64,000 bases of DNA from the sequence record NC_048779.1; one strand, written 5' to 3'. The position numbers and the translations under genes are program-made. The notes beneath the pieces are model-generated. The model was given only the letters and a program-made list of their open reading frames with translations, was not told the DNA's origin and ran no database searches. Shown here in pieces: positions 61,497-64,000 of the stretch (position 1 is the stretch's first letter; each line of letters opens with the position of its first letter).

Positions 61497-63166
61497 TTTT
61501 GGTTGTCTCTCGGCTGACGTGTCGTCAAACGAGCAGCAGTGGCGTTATACAAATCCCGAAGTTTTGGATCGAGCACAATACAATTAGACAGATTCAGTTT
61601 GACCGTCGGGCTTAGGTACCCACGACCATCTGGATCTGGTTTTGTAATACGCTCAGCAGACATAGCAAACGGTAACGATGGGTGAATACTGTTAGCCGGA
61701 TCACTGACGTTAAAGCCAGCGCGTTTGCTTCCCCGTGTTGAACAAACCTTGGCCTGCGTCATCACCCCTAATACGTAGTCCACTAAAGGACAATCCGTCG
61801 GAGTTGATTCTTGCACCATGTTTGATTCTCGGGCAGCGGGTTCTATGTCTCTTAAACCAAACCAGCGGACGATAGTGTGACCTACCTTGCTCGTGTTCAG
61901 ATCAGTGATGTTCTTAATTTCGTGTTTAAAACGATTAGCTCGGACGATGAGACGATCCATAGTGTATTCTAATGAACAGACTTCTTTATGAAGCATATCC
62001 GCTCTGTCGACAGTTTTGACAATTTCAGTACGGTTTGCGATGATGTAGTTGAACAAATCGAACATATCATTCACAACAATTCGTTGCGCTGCAAAGCGCT
62101 TGATTGAACTCTCATCCATGTATTCATAGATGCTTTGAAAATGGTCTTTCATTTGTCGTAATATGTTATCCGCACCGCCTCGAGAGGACATGGATGACAT
62201 ACCGATAATCAAACGCCAGAACATTCGGTCATCTAGTCGATCGAGATCAACTAGCGTGGAACCGCAATCAAACAAGAATATTAAACTTGCTACGTATTGT
62301 AATGCTACGGTAGGAATTTCTTTCCGTTTGCGATTGACTGGACGAACCGCAATCGCAAAGGAATTGTAAATAGAGTTCTTCGTTAACTGTCTTTCCGAAC
62401 GACGACCACTATTTGCGTAGATTTCCCAGCCTTCACTTTCAGGGTAGGTGTCACTAATGACGTCACTATCCCCTACGGCGATTTCGCATTCACCATATTT
62501 TTTCATTGTCTCAGTTACACCGTATTCCGCGAACATGTACCAAGCTAATAAAGGCTCAGGTACTTTCTTCGGATTTACGCGCCATGCTTCTTTTGGTGTG
62601 TAGAAGCGGTTTGCAGGTAAGTTTAACTGCATAGGCACGATACGGTTGCCATTAGGTGCAGGGAACACTCGGACGAATCCGATATTCTCTGTTCCTATTT
62701 TGAACTTGTAACCTAGGATTCTTACAAAGATTTGTTCATCTTTGGTAACACTTAGACCTCGGTCTGCTAAAACGATTTGCAATGAGCATAAAGAGTCTCT
62801 GATGTAGATGTCTCCGTACTCGTCTGTAAAAGGCAACATGACGTAGATGTTAGGGAATACACGTTCTATGCCTTGGTTGTCGGTATAGGAAATGTCTAGC
62901 CTAGTCGGATATAAAGATTCTTTATTGGTCTCAAAGGTTTTGTTCTGAGTCGTTTCGCTGATGACCTTGAACATCTCATCAGGGCGCACGGGTTTTAATC
63001 CGTGGAATTTCACCCCTTTCGATTCTAACGACTTTAGGATCATGCGTAATTGCCGTTCATACCATTTTTCGATATCTTCGAACTGACGTGCATGGAATCC
63101 TTTGGTTAACTCCGTATTAAAACGGGGCATGGTATCGTCGATAGCATCTAGTAACCTCGGGTCCAT
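61493..63166 (-). CDS. Non-virion RNA polymerase beta subunit, N-terminal part (phiKZ gp123-like)
   Basis: 557 aa; N-terminal P.FN..L..G, VL.DRG.SV, LLAWY.F..YGVT.T, W...IG and C-terminal IH.S.......K..PDGRG.L pattern match phiKZ gp123 as I recall it. Confidence 0.82.
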   Translation of the reverse strand: MDPRLLDAIDDTMPRFNTELTKGFHARQFEDIEKWYERQLRMILKSLESKGVKFHGLKPVRPDEMFKVISETTQNKTFETNKESLYPTRLDISYTDNQGIERVFPNIYVMLPFTDEYGDIYIRDSLCSLQIVLADRGLSVTKDEQIFVRILGYKFKIGTENIGFVRVFPAPNGNRIVPMQLNLPANRFYTPKEAWRVNPKKVPEPLLAWYMFAEYGVTETMKKYGECEIAVGDSDVISDTYPESEGWEIYANSGRRSERQLTKNSIYNSFAIAVRPVNRKRKEIPTVALQYVASLIFLFDCGSTLVDLDRLDDRMFWRLIIGMSSMSSRGGADNILRQMKDHFQSIYEYMDESSIKRFAAQRIVVNDMFDLFNYIIANRTEIVKTVDRADMLHKEVCSLEYTMDRLIVRANRFKHEIKNITDLNTSKVGHTIVRWFGLRDIEPAARESNMVQESTPTDCPLVDYVLGVMTQAKVCSTRGSKRAGFNVSDPANSIHPSLPFAMSAERITKPDPDGRGYLSPTVKLNLSNCIVLDPKLRDLYNATAARLTTRQPRDNQK

Positions 63167-63209
63167 TTGTGTTTCCTCTTATTATTGTTGAGGTCACACA
63201 TGGATAAGA

Positions 63210-64000
63210 TTACAGAATCGCCATTAATAACTTAGGTCCTAGGACTTGGGTTAATTTGACTTCCAACAAATGCGCGATTATCGTAAAGGGTACTTTGATG
63301 ATTGATTCCAACAATTTACTCCATAACGATGTTTGTTCGTGCTTTATCTGTTGTTTGCTGTTAGCATCCTTAAGCTTACCATGTGCTTCCCTCAGATTAA
63401 GGGTTTCCTTCTGTGATGCCTTCAACTCTTTTTGCAGTTGGGACACCATAGATAAGGCTTGCTGTAAAGATTTACTATTTATGGATTCTAATGCGTCGGA
63501 AGAAGACAAATAAAAATTGTTTTCTTCAAGTACTTTAAAGAACTTATCCCGGTCTTTAAAAGAATCAGGGAGTTCTATAAACGACTCTTTCTTCCCAAGG
63601 GGAGAAACGACTATCATTTTAATTCCATCTTCTATACTCGGGTCCTGCTTAGGGACGAGTTTCAACACCCTACCATTCACGGGCGTATAAATCGTCGCTT
63701 CGGGATTGGAGTTGTTGTAATACTCGTAGATGACTTGTGTCGGAGAACGACTGTCTATCCGATTACCATTTTCGTCCGTTGTCACTGGACCGTAGTAAGG
63801 GGACGGACTTTTATGGAAGTCCTCTGGAACATCTAAGAAAGGATAAACGGAAATACCTAAAAGCCGAGAGTGGATCCCACCATCGCTTCCTATGTATTCC
63901 CCTAAGTTGGCTCGACCAACACCGATAACGAATCTTCCGTTAATTTGCCCGCCATACGCGATGAGTTCTTCTTCCGATTTATTACGGTAGTACTCTCTGA
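63210..64000 (-). CDS. Hypothetical protein, 5'-truncated by the window edge
   Basis: The frame of the 63210-63785 ORF stays open upstream to the window end (...REYYRNKSEEELIAYGG...), so the GTG at 63785 is internal; coiled coil near the C-terminus. Confidence 0.75.
   Translation of the reverse strand, partial: REYYRNKSEEELIAYGGQINGRFVIGVGRANLGEYIGSDGGIHSRLLGISVYPFLDVPEDFHKSPSPYYGPVTTDENGNRIDSRSPTQVIYEYYNNSNPEATIYTPVNGRVLKLVPKQDPSIEDGIKMIVVSPLGKKESFIELPDSFKDRDKFFKVLEENNFYLSSSDALESINSKSLQQALSMVSQLQKELKASQKETLNLREAHGKLKDANSKQQIKHEQTSLWSKLLESIIKVPFTIIAHLLEVKLTQVLGPKLLMAIL

Noticed and set aside
358-63928. Numerous 60-120 aa opposite-strand or nested ORFs in the six-frame track
   Set aside because: They lie inside longer, well-supported genes, lack RBSs and motifs, and are consistent with shadow ORFs.
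1-64000. tRNA, rRNA, CRISPR arrays, introns, inteins, homing endonucleases, frameshifted genes
   Set aside because: Intergenic gaps are short and explained by hairpins or promoters; conserved enzymes are of normal length without insertions; no spacer-repeat arrays seen. A tRNAscan/Infernal run would confirm.

Overview
64-kb segment of a phiKZ-related jumbo dsDNA phage (Chimalliviridae-like). The identification rests on an ORF I recognise as the N-terminal beta subunit of the non-virion RNA polymerase (phiKZ gp123-like, 61493-63166), a portal-like gene, a central spike gene next to an SbcC ATPase, RuvC, a SNF2-type helicase, NAD-dependent ligase, RNase HI, thymidine kinase and a GroEL-like chaperonin. 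Most genes are on the minus strand; four plus-strand islands carry probable late or virion genes. The left 14 kb is an accessory region of unknown ORFs that look built from a few shuffled modules: an Ig/FN3-like N-terminal domain and two uncharacterised domain families. Other highlights are a five-copy promoter motif (TCTATAT-N6-RGTGT), a thymidylate-synthase-fold protein lacking its catalytic residues, an Acb1-like 2H phosphoesterase, a tandem-AraC-domain regulator downstream of a structured AT-rich non-coding region, a ~1230-aa poly-Ig virion-type protein, and a candidate holin/spanin trio with no endolysin beside it. I saw no tRNA, rRNA, CRISPR array, intron or intein. All family assignments come from motif recognition by eye with no database search; the host cannot be determined from this sequence.
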